Origin: Bdellovibrionota bacterium | GTDB taxonomy: Bacteria; Bdellovibrionota; UBA1018; UBA923 | Assembly (NCBI GenBank): GCA_040754655.1 | Contig: JBFMCE010000041.1 | Location: 1 to 35,098, forward strand | Direction: 5' to 3' | DNA: 35,098 nt | Shown: positions 9,424 to 18,378 of the stretch, in pieces | Numbering within the stretch: position 1 is the stretch's first letter | Layout of the letters: each line of letters starts with the position of its first letter | Notes under the pieces: model-generated | What the model was told of the DNA's origin: nothing | Database searches by the model: none | Seen by the model: only the letters and a program-made list of their open reading frames with translations | Program-made: the position numbers and the translations under genes

Positions 9424-9954
9424 TTACAGCTTTTTACCCCTGATGGATTTGATAGACCGTTCGCACTTGAGCTTTGAATAATGATTCCCAAGACCGTAAC
9501 CTTTGGGATGTCCCGGTCCGACGCCAAAATCGACGATGCGAATAAACCCAGCGCGATATCCCGAATCGCGATAAAGCCCAAGCTCAACCGCATGGATATC
9601 AATCGAATTCCCATAGAGCCTTAAAAGTTGCTTCCCTTCTTTATTTTTAACCAAACGCACGCTGGTTTCTTCATTGATCGCTTGAAGGGGCGAGTTTTTT
9701 GACGATAACCGGATCGCATTCACCTCTTTTCCATCGTGAAGAGCTCTTTTCTGCTTCTCGGTCAGATACAAACCGACTTTTTTCGAATGGCTTAAATTCT
9801 CAATCCGAAAAGAAAGCTTCTGAACTTCTCCAACCATTTTCTTCGTGGTTTGGCAGTCGAAACGGTCTACACGATTTGAAGCATCGGCCAAGAGAAGCGT
9901 GCTCGAAAAAAAGACCCCGAGAACGAAAGATAAAATAAAAGACCTGACATCCAT
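9424..9954 (-). CDS. Hypothetical exported protein
   Basis: GGGGAG RBS; signal-peptide-like N-terminus (FILSFVLGVFFSSTLLLA); one Cys near each end of the mature chain; no family recognised. Confidence 0.7.
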   Translation of the reverse strand: MDVRSFILSFVLGVFFSSTLLLADASNRVDRFDCQTTKKMVGEVQKLSFRIENLSHSKKVGLYLTEKQKRALHDGKEVNAIRLSSKNSPLQAINEETSVRLVKNKEGKQLLRLYGNSIDIHAVELGLYRDSGYRAGFIRIVDFGVGPGHPKGYGLGNHYSKLKCERSIKSIRGKKL

Positions 9955-10036
9955 AAACTCCCCCCAGTTCTAGTGGTCGTTTAAGTGTCGTGACTTCTCT
10001 CGTCAAGAACACAGGAAAGTTTGTGTTTAGTGGTGT

Positions 10037-11056
10037 TCAGCGAACTTCACGAAGCTGCAAGACGATGGGCAAGTAAGAAGTTCCTCGCCAATTGAGTTCA
10101 AGGCTAATTTCTGGTTCCTTGTCATAACCCAGGTTTCTTGCCTGCTCTAAAACCTCCGCAAGACTCACTCCGGTTTCAGCAAGCTTATAGAAAGCCGCAT
10201 AGTCGAAAACGACGTATCCCCTGGGCTTGAGCACGCGTTGCAGATCTTTCAATAAAAGATAAAGCTCCTCCGGAAGCAAATGGCGGCTTATCGAAGAAAC
10301 CCCATACACAACATGAAAGTTCTGATCCGGATAAGGAAGCCTTTCACCTGGCTTCAGCCTGAAATCAACTTTTGAAATCGGTACCAAGGGATATCTTCTT
10401 TGAAACCCGTTGATCATCTGGTCCGACTTGTCTGAAACCTCGACGCTCGCGGCCGGCAAGAGGCGGTTCATCGCCCAATAACTGTCGCCAAGCCCTACCC
10501 CTAGTTCTAGAATCTTTATCGTCGACGTTCGTAGAAGATCGGTACCCTGCACTGCATAGGCCAGCACTGATAACGAAGCAAACCGTTGCAAGGCAGTGGC
10601 AAACGCAGCATAAGCCCGCTCGCTCTGCGGATCAGCGTACGCGCCTGTCGGGCTTACCTTGTGTTTCTCAAGGAATTTCATGACGATCTCGTGAGTCTTG
10701 CGCCATTCAGGAATCACGATACCCCTGGCTCGTTCCGCAAGCTGATCGTAAAACTCTGTGCGGATATCGTCGAATTGCCGCACTAAACCCGTATACGAAA
10801 GGTTAGCCCGGACACCGCGAGTCGTGGCCGGTGTTTTCCGAAAAACGCCAAGAATGATCTGATGAGCCGTCTGGCCGTAGCTTTCCACAGTGCTGAAGTC
10901 GATTTCGACTCGTTTTGCGGTTTTTAAAAGTTTCTCGCATCCTTGAAATTTAATTTGATCTGAGGCCACCGCAACCAGGGGCGAGAGCGCCAAGCAAATC
11001 CCAACGATGAGATCCCGCAAACCAACCCACAATTGAAAGGTCGTTGTTAATCTCAA
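10037..11056 (-). CDS. Class I SAM-dependent methyltransferase with N-terminal signal/membrane segment
   Basis: KILELGVGLG (motif I), SDKSDQM, RLPYPDQNFHVVY, LQRVLKPRGYVVF; N-terminal LIVGICLALSPLVAVA; TTG start after GAGGGGGG. Confidence 0.8.
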   Translation of the reverse strand: MRLTTTFQLWVGLRDLIVGICLALSPLVAVASDQIKFQGCEKLLKTAKRVEIDFSTVESYGQTAHQIILGVFRKTPATTRGVRANLSYTGLVRQFDDIRTEFYDQLAERARGIVIPEWRKTHEIVMKFLEKHKVSPTGAYADPQSERAYAAFATALQRFASLSVLAYAVQGTDLLRTSTIKILELGVGLGDSYWAMNRLLPAASVEVSDKSDQMINGFQRRYPLVPISKVDFRLKPGERLPYPDQNFHVVYGVSSISRHLLPEELYLLLKDLQRVLKPRGYVVFDYAAFYKLAETGVSLAEVLEQARNLGYDKEPEISLELNWRGTSYLPIVLQLREVR

Positions 11057-11071
11057 CGATTTCCCCCCTCA

Positions 11072-11746
11072 TCATTTCTCATTGATCTCTCTTGAGGTCG
11101 CCCGCTCAACGGATCCCATCAAATCATTGATGAGGCTCGTGAGCTTTGAAGACTGCGCATCTAGAACCGCAAGTTGTCTTTGCAACTCCTCGGGCGAGAG
11201 GTGGGGAAGCCTCTTCAAAGTGAGTTGAGTAGCGACCTTCAAAGCCGTCAAAGGAGTGCGAAGTTCATGCGAGACCATCGTGACGAAACGACGGTTGAAC
11301 TCGCTCTGTCTTTCAATAGTTTTGTGAGCAAGCTCAAGCTCTTCTCTCGCTTTCACCTGCGACGTCACATTGATAAGCAAACCTATGACCGCGGTCTTGC
11401 CTTCATAAGAAAGAAGCGGCGCCACGATCCCGCTCCAATACGACAGCCCCTGTCTTCCCAAGTTGCGAGAAGACACCGCATTGATGTGAACCGAACCCCC
11501 CGAAGAATGGGCTCGATGCAATGTCTCTAGAGCGTCATCGCTCGGGATAGGCATGACCTCAAAGAGCGGACGTCCGATAATTTTCTGGGGGTCCACCGTT
11601 TCAGATAGCAGTGAACAATAATTCTGGTTCGCAGCCAAGAACCGCAGGGTCGGCATTTCAATCACTCCCACTGCGAAAGGCGAGCAATCAAAAAGCGCAT
11701 CCAATACCTTAGGGGGCAATGAGAGATCAGGAAACTGGGGAATCAT
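11072..11746 (-). CDS. PAS + HisKA (DHp) protein lacking a HATPase domain
   Basis: PAS-like N-terminus (LFDCSPFAVGVI...FLAANQ...IIGRPLFEVMP), H-box VSHELRTPLTALK; stops shortly after LINDL with no N/G1/F/G2 boxes. Confidence 0.8.
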   Translation of the reverse strand: MIPQFPDLSLPPKVLDALFDCSPFAVGVIEMPTLRFLAANQNYCSLLSETVDPQKIIGRPLFEVMPIPSDDALETLHRAHSSGGSVHINAVSSRNLGRQGLSYWSGIVAPLLSYEGKTAVIGLLINVTSQVKAREELELAHKTIERQSEFNRRFVTMVSHELRTPLTALKVATQLTLKRLPHLSPEELQRQLAVLDAQSSKLTSLINDLMGSVERATSREINEK

Positions 11747-11809
11747 AATGATAAAATCGCCTAGATAGAATCGCTCAGTTTTTCAAGGTCTATTTCTTGC
11801 CAGCGCAAC

Positions 11810-11847
11810 AAAAAAGCCCTGACTGCATAGAATCAGTCAGGGCTTTT
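11810..11847 (-). terminator. Intrinsic terminator downstream of carD (possibly bidirectional)
   Basis: Perfect stem AAAAGCCCTGACTG / CAGTCAGGGCTTTT with 8-nt loop; T-run follows on both strands. Confidence 0.9.
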
Positions 11848-11880
11848 CAAATTTCATGCGATCTTCACTTGAATTGGTGC

Positions 11881-12369
11881 TTAATGAGCCTCGAAAATTG
11901 AATCTAACTCAGCTTCAATGGCCTGCTCATCTTGATTCTTGGCCAAGCTCAATTCTTTCACTAAAAGCTGTTTTGCCGTATCCAACATTTTTCGTTCACC
12001 GAACGAGAGATCTTTATTGTGCTTGAGCACGTAAAGATTTCGCAGAACTTCCGCGATCTCATAAACAGATCCAGTGCGTATCTTCTCCATGTATTCCCGA
12101 TAGCGACGATTCCACGTGGTATTGTCTACTTTTACGTCTTTGCGACGCAGAATTTTATAAACATTGGAGATTTCCTTCTTGCCAACAATGGGACGAAGGC
12201 CAACAGATTGAATATTGTCGGTTGGCACCATAATGGTCATCTCGTTGTCGAGCACCTGAAGGACATAAAACTTTTTCTTCTTGCCCCCTACGTCCTTTTC
12301 ATCGATTTTCTTGATGACAGTGACCCCGTGCGCGGGATAGACAGCGTTGTCTCCAACTTTGAACATCAT
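11881..12369 (-). CDS. carD: CarD/CdnL-family RNA polymerase-binding regulator
   Basis: MFKVGDNAVYPAHGV, IMVP, VGLR, WNRRYRE, LSFGERKMLDTA; ATG 12369 (or 12366) follows AAGGAAG, shorter than the ORF track call. Confidence 0.95.
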   Translation of the reverse strand: MMFKVGDNAVYPAHGVTVIKKIDEKDVGGKKKKFYVLQVLDNEMTIMVPTDNIQSVGLRPIVGKKEISNVYKILRRKDVKVDNTTWNRRYREYMEKIRTGSVYEIAEVLRNLYVLKHNKDLSFGERKMLDTAKQLLVKELSLAKNQDEQAIEAELDSIFEAH

Positions 12370-12737
12370 TGACGGACTTCCTTTCATTTTCTCGAAAAAA
12401 TTCCCTTTCCGAGTGGCTGGCAAAGTTAACACAAACCAGGTTTAAAGTAAAGACTCAAAACCCGACCGAACAACTTAAGTGCTAAATGTAATAACCTGAA
12501 TTTATTGTGTTTTTTCGAACCTATCCCTATCTCATTTTCTTGATCTAGCCTAAGAGTCCTACTGTTCTGGTTTTCTTTAGATTTGCTGACAAAATGACAG
12601 CTTAACCGAGGCTTTGGGACTCGAACTTTGACAAATTGTCTTTCTCTCCAAAACTTGCCGAGTCGTTCTTTCCCGTTCCACGCTTGCCCGCACCGTACCT
12701 ACCACTCTGGCAGGTCCCTTGCTTTATCTGGATTGGA

Positions 12738-13847
12738 ATGAAAATTTGGGAACGCCTTAAGAAACTAAAAATGTCAGGCAAGCCGGACTGGCTCTCTGCA
12801 CGTTGGTTGAAAGCCAAGAAAGGTCTTTCAGGAGCAACGAACGAACCGAGAAAGAGTTTTAAGCAGCGGTGGAGCGATTTCACCCAAACCGTAAGAGAGA
12901 AGTTTCCGCGCAATCTTGAAGATCTAAAAAAAATCAGGCCGGAAGAAGCTCTTGATCGCATACGCCAGTTTTCGTCGAGCCGGCACTACGGAACTTATCT
13001 CAGATTGGGAGCGGCAGCCTTTGCTGCATATTTTCTCGCAGACACCGTTTCTCTTTTCACAGCCTCGTTGATTCCCGAACCTCCGATCGTGCCCGCTCCG
13101 GCGATGACGAAGAAGAATGAAAAGTTTCGCTCTATCGATGAATACAGCGCGGTATTGGCAAGAAACATCTTCAACTCTCAAGGGCTCATCCCCGAAGAAG
13201 GAACGGATCTCGCTTCAGGGCCGGCGCGAAAAACCAACCTCCCTCTCAACCTCATTGGCACGGTCGTCCTCGCCGACGAACTCAAGTCGATCGCGGCGAT
13301 CGAAGACCGCTCTCAAAACTTGGTCTTCCCCGTTCGCATTGAAGACACGATCGAAGACAAAATCAAAGTCACAAAGATCGAGCACCTTAAAGTTTATTTC
13401 GTGAACAAAAGCACTGGCCATCTCGAGTACGTCGAGATCGTCGAAGACGCCCCTACTTTGAACATGCAACCCTTGCGACCGACGTCGAGCGCGCCTCAAA
13501 AGGCTGAAGGAATCACGAAGACCGATGAAACCAAGTTCGAAGTCGAGCGCAATGTGATCGACCGCGCGACGACGAACTTGAGCGAAGTCTTGCAACAAGC
13601 CAGGGCCGTTCCCAACTTCGAAAACGGCATGCCTGATGGATATAAAATCCTGCAGATCGTGCCGAACAGCATCTACGACAAACTTGGCCTTAAGAATGGC
13701 GACGTGATCTGCGGGCTCAATGGCGAACCCGTCAACGACCCGGGCAAGGCTTTTCAAACATTCAATGAACTCAAGACGTCAAACCACGTCGAGATTTGCA
13801 TTAAACGGAACGGGAAAAAGACCGTTTTCAACTATGACATCCGATAG
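12738..13847 (+). CDS. gspC: Type II secretion protein GspC (TM, HR and PDZ domains)
   Basis: TM segment, RNIF motif, LNLIGTV HR domain, PDZ GYKILQIVPNSIYDKLGLKNGDVI; directly upstream of gspD. Start uncertain (ATG 12738 or 12771). Confidence 0.92.
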   Translation: MKIWERLKKLKMSGKPDWLSARWLKAKKGLSGATNEPRKSFKQRWSDFTQTVREKFPRNLEDLKKIRPEEALDRIRQFSSSRHYGTYLRLGAAAFAAYFLADTVSLFTASLIPEPPIVPAPAMTKKNEKFRSIDEYSAVLARNIFNSQGLIPEEGTDLASGPARKTNLPLNLIGTVVLADELKSIAAIEDRSQNLVFPVRIEDTIEDKIKVTKIEHLKVYFVNKSTGHLEYVEIVEDAPTLNMQPLRPTSSAPQKAEGITKTDETKFEVERNVIDRATTNLSEVLQQARAVPNFENGMPDGYKILQIVPNSIYDKLGLKNGDVICGLNGEPVNDPGKAFQTFNELKTSNHVEICIKRNGKKTVFNYDIR

Positions 13848-13858
13848 CGAGGCGCACT

Positions 13859-16630
13859 ATGGAAGGTAAAAACCTCAACGCAGTCCACACGCTCTTAATA
13901 GCCGTATGGATGCTCTCAGCCACCGCGACGTCGGCGCTGGCGCAGGCACAAGCTCCGGCGCCGAATGCCGACAGGAAGGGGTTCTCGCAACCTGGCACCA
14001 ACTTCGGGAACAGCCCCTTCGCGAATCCTCCGGGTGGAGAGGATGATTTCTTTGAAGACGACGACTTCGAGGAAACAGAAGTTGATGACATCAGCGAAGA
14101 GATCTTGCGGCAACGAATGGAACAGAGGATGAAAGACAGAGGCTCACCGGGAGCGGCTCAACCTGGCGCCTCTCGCCCATCAGCGCCTTCGAACAATGGA
14201 AGGCCCACTCAGAATAGAATTGATTTCGGGCAAGCAAGTCAGGATGTCGGCGCCACGTCGATGGGCGGAGGAGCGAAGACGAAGATCACCCCCGGAGACA
14301 GGAGCGCTTGCCTCAAGCTTGACCCATTCCGCGGAATCGGCCCCGATGTCATCACGAACTTCGACTTTCCCGACGCGGACATCGTCGAAATCGCTAAAAC
14401 GCTTGGACGCCTCACCTGCTTGAACTTCATCCTTGATAAGGACGTCAAAGGAAGGATTTCAGTCGTCAGCAACTCTTCGATCACCGTAGGCGACGCGTGG
14501 AAGGCGTTCCTCACCGCTCTCGATGTGAATGGCTTCACGATCATCCCTTCAGGGAAATACCTTCGAATCGCGCGCCAGCGTGACGCGAAAGACAAGCAGA
14601 TCAAGACTTACAGCGGAGAGTTCACCCCGAACACCGACTTGTACATCACTCGCGTGCTTCCGCTAAAGTACATCAGCGCCGATGAAGTCGCGCGCGTGTT
14701 CAGGAACTTCATGCCTCCTAACACTCGCATCATCGCCTATGACCAGACCAACACGTTGATCATCACTGATACGGGTTCGAACATCAAGAAGATCGTCGAC
14801 ATGGTCCAATTGCTTGATATCGAAGGTTTCGACGAGGGCCTGGAGGTGATCCGCGTGAAGTACGCGTCGGCACAAGACATCGCGAAACTCATCGATCAGC
14901 TCCTTCCCGGCAATCAAGGCGGCGGAGCCCCAGCCGGAGCGCCCGGAGGGATTCCAAGATTCAGGGGCGCCCAATTCCAGGCGCGCAAAACAAAAGAAGG
15001 CGGCGTCATCTCGCACGTCATCCCCGACGACCGCACGAACTCTCTGATCGTCTCTGCAAATGCAAAAGGTTTAGACCAGGTCAAGCAACTCATCGGAAAG
15101 CTCGACACCAGGGTGAGCGCGACTACCGGGAGCCGAATCCACGTTCGTTACTTGCAGTACGGCGATGCGGAACAAATCGCGCAAACCTTGAACAACCTCG
15201 CTTCCGGGGGCGGCGGCGCGCCTCAACGCACGACTCCGATCCCCGCCCCGGGAGCGGCGCCTCCCATGGTCACCTCGGCGCAATTGTTCGAGGGTTCCAT
15301 TAAAATTGCCGCCGACAAGTCGACCAACTCGCTTGTCGTCACCGCGACACCCACCGACTTCCTCACGATCAGCCGAGTCATCTCAAAGCTCGATGTTCCT
15401 CGCGACCAGGTCTATGTCGAGGCGATCATCATGGAAATGACGATCGATAAAACATTCCAACTCGGAACCAATATCGCGGCCCCCAAGACCGGCGTGGGGT
15501 TCATGTCTGATCCGGCGGAATTCGCAAGTTTTCTTGTGAATCCCTTGACCGTCCCCGGCCTCGTGCTCGGGTTTCAAGGCGGCAAAGGCTCGCAAGCGTT
15601 CAAAATTCCCGGCACGAATGACACGGTCAACGTCTCTAGCGTGCAAGGCTTGATCAAAGCGTTGCAACGGGATACGAATTCAAACGTACTTGCCACGCCG
15701 CAGATCTTGACCCTCGACAATCAAGAAGCGCAGATCGAGATCTCAGAGAACATTCCGATTCCACAGCAAACCGCTGTCCAAGGAGCCGGCGTTCAAACCA
15801 GCATTCAGCGGGAGAAGATCGCTCTTTCGCTCGAGATCAAGCCCCAGATCAATAAGGCGTCTGATTTCGTAAAACTTGATATCAAACAAAAACTTGAAGA
15901 CATCGACAACAGGGCGTTGCCGGAAGGCGTGAGAGCATTTGCGTTCGCGACTTCAGGGCGTCAGTCAAAAACCACGGTTGTCGTGCAAGACGGTGACACG
16001 GTGGCCATGGGCGGTTTGATGAGAAACAATATCCGGGAAACCACCAACAAGGTTCCGCTCCTTGGCGATATTCCCCTGCTCGGCTGGCTCTTCAGGTCAA
16101 AGACCACCAGCAATATCAAACAGAATTTGATCGTGTTCATCACGCCGAAGATCATCAAGCAATACGAGAACGCGAGAAAGATTCTGGACAAGAAACTCAG
16201 ACAGCGCGATGAGTTCATCGAGAAAAACGTGGGAGGCGAAGATCCTTTCCTTGATCAAAAACTTGAGATGATCAAAGGCTTGCCTCCGGTTGAGGAGCTC
16301 AAGAACGTCGATCAAGTTGAAAATACGGATGAAGTGAAAGAAGAAGCTGACCTCTTGAATACCCCTTCGCTTCCAATTCCAAACTCCGGCGCCAACAGCA
16401 TGCTGACTCCGCCAAGCGGCAACGATCAAACGGCAACGCCTGCCGCGCCAACTCCAGGGAATTTGACCCCGGGGGCGGCAGTATCTCCGCAAACTCTAGA
16501 CGGTGCCACTGCTCCCGGTGTAATAAACAACCCATCAGGAAGACAAACCCCAGCGCCCACCAATCCTAGCATCATGCCCCAAGGGGGTTCAGGAGCGACG
16601 GCGCCAAATAATGGAAGATCGGGATTTTAG
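13859..16630 (+). CDS. gspD: Type II secretion secretin GspD
   Basis: Signal peptide, N0-N3 domains (DDRTNSLIV, DKSTNSLVV), LDVPRDQVYVEAII, NVLATPQILTLDNQEA, KVPLLGDIPLLGWLF, LIVFITPKI. Confidence 0.97.
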   Translation: MEGKNLNAVHTLLIAVWMLSATATSALAQAQAPAPNADRKGFSQPGTNFGNSPFANPPGGEDDFFEDDDFEETEVDDISEEILRQRMEQRMKDRGSPGAAQPGASRPSAPSNNGRPTQNRIDFGQASQDVGATSMGGGAKTKITPGDRSACLKLDPFRGIGPDVITNFDFPDADIVEIAKTLGRLTCLNFILDKDVKGRISVVSNSSITVGDAWKAFLTALDVNGFTIIPSGKYLRIARQRDAKDKQIKTYSGEFTPNTDLYITRVLPLKYISADEVARVFRNFMPPNTRIIAYDQTNTLIITDTGSNIKKIVDMVQLLDIEGFDEGLEVIRVKYASAQDIAKLIDQLLPGNQGGGAPAGAPGGIPRFRGAQFQARKTKEGGVISHVIPDDRTNSLIVSANAKGLDQVKQLIGKLDTRVSATTGSRIHVRYLQYGDAEQIAQTLNNLASGGGGAPQRTTPIPAPGAAPPMVTSAQLFEGSIKIAADKSTNSLVVTATPTDFLTISRVISKLDVPRDQVYVEAIIMEMTIDKTFQLGTNIAAPKTGVGFMSDPAEFASFLVNPLTVPGLVLGFQGGKGSQAFKIPGTNDTVNVSSVQGLIKALQRDTNSNVLATPQILTLDNQEAQIEISENIPIPQQTAVQGAGVQTSIQREKIALSLEIKPQINKASDFVKLDIKQKLEDIDNRALPEGVRAFAFATSGRQSKTTVVVQDGDTVAMGGLMRNNIRETTNKVPLLGDIPLLGWLFRSKTTSNIKQNLIVFITPKIIKQYENARKILDKKLRQRDEFIEKNVGGEDPFLDQKLEMIKGLPPVEELKNVDQVENTDEVKEEADLLNTPSLPIPNSGANSMLTPPSGNDQTATPAAPTPGNLTPGAAVSPQTLDGATAPGVINNPSGRQTPAPTNPSIMPQGGSGATAPNNGRSGF

Positions 16631-16645
16631 GGAAGAAGAGCGACT

Positions 16646-18376
16646 ATGGCGGCGGAAACAAGCACTCTATTGAAAGACCATCAAAAACTGGGCAGCATCT
16701 TGCTCAGGACGACTTCCCTTACCGAAGCCCAGCTTAAAGAAGCCCTTGAAATTCAGTCTCGCGAAGGCGGGGTTTTGGGTGAGATCCTGGTGCAAAGAAA
16801 TTTCGTGCTGCCGCATGAAATCCTCAAAGCCTTGTGCGCTCAACTTGACCTCCCGTTTGTTGATGACCTTAAGCCCAACGAGATAGATCCGGCCCTGGTC
16901 ACCAACCTGCCCATCAACTACGCCAAAGCGAAAGAAGTGCTGCCGATCAGCCGTTTCACCGACATCAAGATCGGTGACACCATGGTTGTAGCCGTGAGCA
17001 ATCCCTTCAATATATCGGCGCTCGAAGATCTGCGCGTGTTCACTGGCTGCAGGATACAGCTTGTCGTCAGCACGACCGCCAGGATTCAAGACGCCATCAA
17101 CCGAGTCTATGAGCGCGCCACCGCGAACATGATCACTGACATCAAAGATGAGTTTGACGAAGCCTACGACCTCGAAGGCCCCATCGATATCCTCGATGCC
17201 AGCGAAGACGATGCTCCGGTGATCAAGTTCGTGAACTCGATGATTTTTCGCGCGGTCAAAGAAAAAGCCAGCGATATTCACGTCGAACCGTTTGAAAAAG
17301 AAATGATCATCCGCTTTCGCATCGACGGCGTACTCTACGACATCTTGAGGCAGCCCAAACGAGCTCACGCCGCCATCACCTCGCGCATCAAAGTCATGGG
17401 AAATCTCGACATCGCCGAAAAACGTTTGCCCCAAGACGGAAGGATCAAAATCAAACTTGCCGGCAAAGACATCGATATCCGTCTTTCCACCATCCCGACC
17501 GCCCACGGCGAGCGAGCCGTCATGCGTATCCTCGAGCAGACCGAACAAGTGCTTGAACTTCCCCAACTGGGTTTCTCTGGCGACACGTTGATGCACATCG
17601 AGCGACTGATCAACAAAAAACACGGCATCATCTTGGTCACCGGCCCCACGGGCCACGGAAAATCGACCACCCTTTCGGCAGCGCTTGCGAAGTTGAACAG
17701 TCCCGAACGATGCATCATCACCGTCGAAGATCCAATCGAGTACCAGATTCACGGCGTCAATCAGATTCAAGTGAATTCAAAGATCGAGCTTACCTTCGGG
17801 CGTGCGCTGCGGAGCATCTTGCGTCAAAACCCAGATGTGATCATGATCGGTGAAATTCGTGACAAAGAAACGGCTGAAATCGCAGTGAATGCATCGCTGA
17901 CAGGACACTTGGTGTTGTCTACGCTGCACACTAATGACTCGTCTGGCGCCCCGACCAGGTTGATCGACATGGGTGTGGAACCTTTTCTTGTCGCTTCATC
18001 GCTCTTGGGAATCGTCGCCCAGCGCCTGATCAGGCGGGTTTGTAAGAAATGCAGGCAAGAGTACGTGCCCAGTGATATTGAACTCCAGGAACTTGGTGTG
18101 ACGCGAACGCAGGTGCAAGGAGCGAATTTTTTCAAGGCTGTTGGCTGCCCGACCTGTTCAGGAAGCGGTTACTCTGGAAGAACCGTTGTGCATGAGCTTC
18201 TCTTGGTTGATGATGAGGTTCGGCAATTGATCGTGAAGTCCCTGGACTCAGGCACGATCAAAAAGAAAGCCGTGGAAAAGGGAATGAGAACCTTGCGAGA
18301 AGACGGAATCGCAAAAGTCGCGCAAGGGATCACCACAATAGAAGAGTTGCTCAGGGCAACCCAAGCGGATGAATAA
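16646..18376 (+). CDS. gspE: Type II secretion ATPase GspE
   Basis: ASDIHVEP, LDIAEKRLPQDG, Walker A GPTGHGKST, TVEDPIEY, LRQNPDVIMIGEIRD, TGHLVLSTLHTN, CxxC...CxxC. Confidence 0.98.
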   Translation: MAAETSTLLKDHQKLGSILLRTTSLTEAQLKEALEIQSREGGVLGEILVQRNFVLPHEILKALCAQLDLPFVDDLKPNEIDPALVTNLPINYAKAKEVLPISRFTDIKIGDTMVVAVSNPFNISALEDLRVFTGCRIQLVVSTTARIQDAINRVYERATANMITDIKDEFDEAYDLEGPIDILDASEDDAPVIKFVNSMIFRAVKEKASDIHVEPFEKEMIIRFRIDGVLYDILRQPKRAHAAITSRIKVMGNLDIAEKRLPQDGRIKIKLAGKDIDIRLSTIPTAHGERAVMRILEQTEQVLELPQLGFSGDTLMHIERLINKKHGIILVTGPTGHGKSTTLSAALAKLNSPERCIITVEDPIEYQIHGVNQIQVNSKIELTFGRALRSILRQNPDVIMIGEIRDKETAEIAVNASLTGHLVLSTLHTNDSSGAPTRLIDMGVEPFLVASSLLGIVAQRLIRRVCKKCRQEYVPSDIELQELGVTRTQVQGANFFKAVGCPTCSGSGYSGRTVVHELLLVDDEVRQLIVKSLDSGTIKKKAVEKGMRTLREDGIAKVAQGITTIEELLRATQADE

Positions 18377-18378
18377 GA

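Noticed and set aside
9216..9424. tRNA or T-box upstream of gltX
   Set aside because: No cloverleaf, TTCG T-loop or T-box consensus visible.
17642..17668. GspE Walker A GPTGHGKST with His instead of Ser
   Set aside because: Variable position of GxxxxGK[ST]; all essential residues intact.
16667..17770. 367-aa antisense ORF within gspE
   Set aside because: Shadow frame of a conserved, codon-biased gene; no motifs. The same applies to the other antisense ORFs over uvrB, cysS, gltX and the gsp genes.
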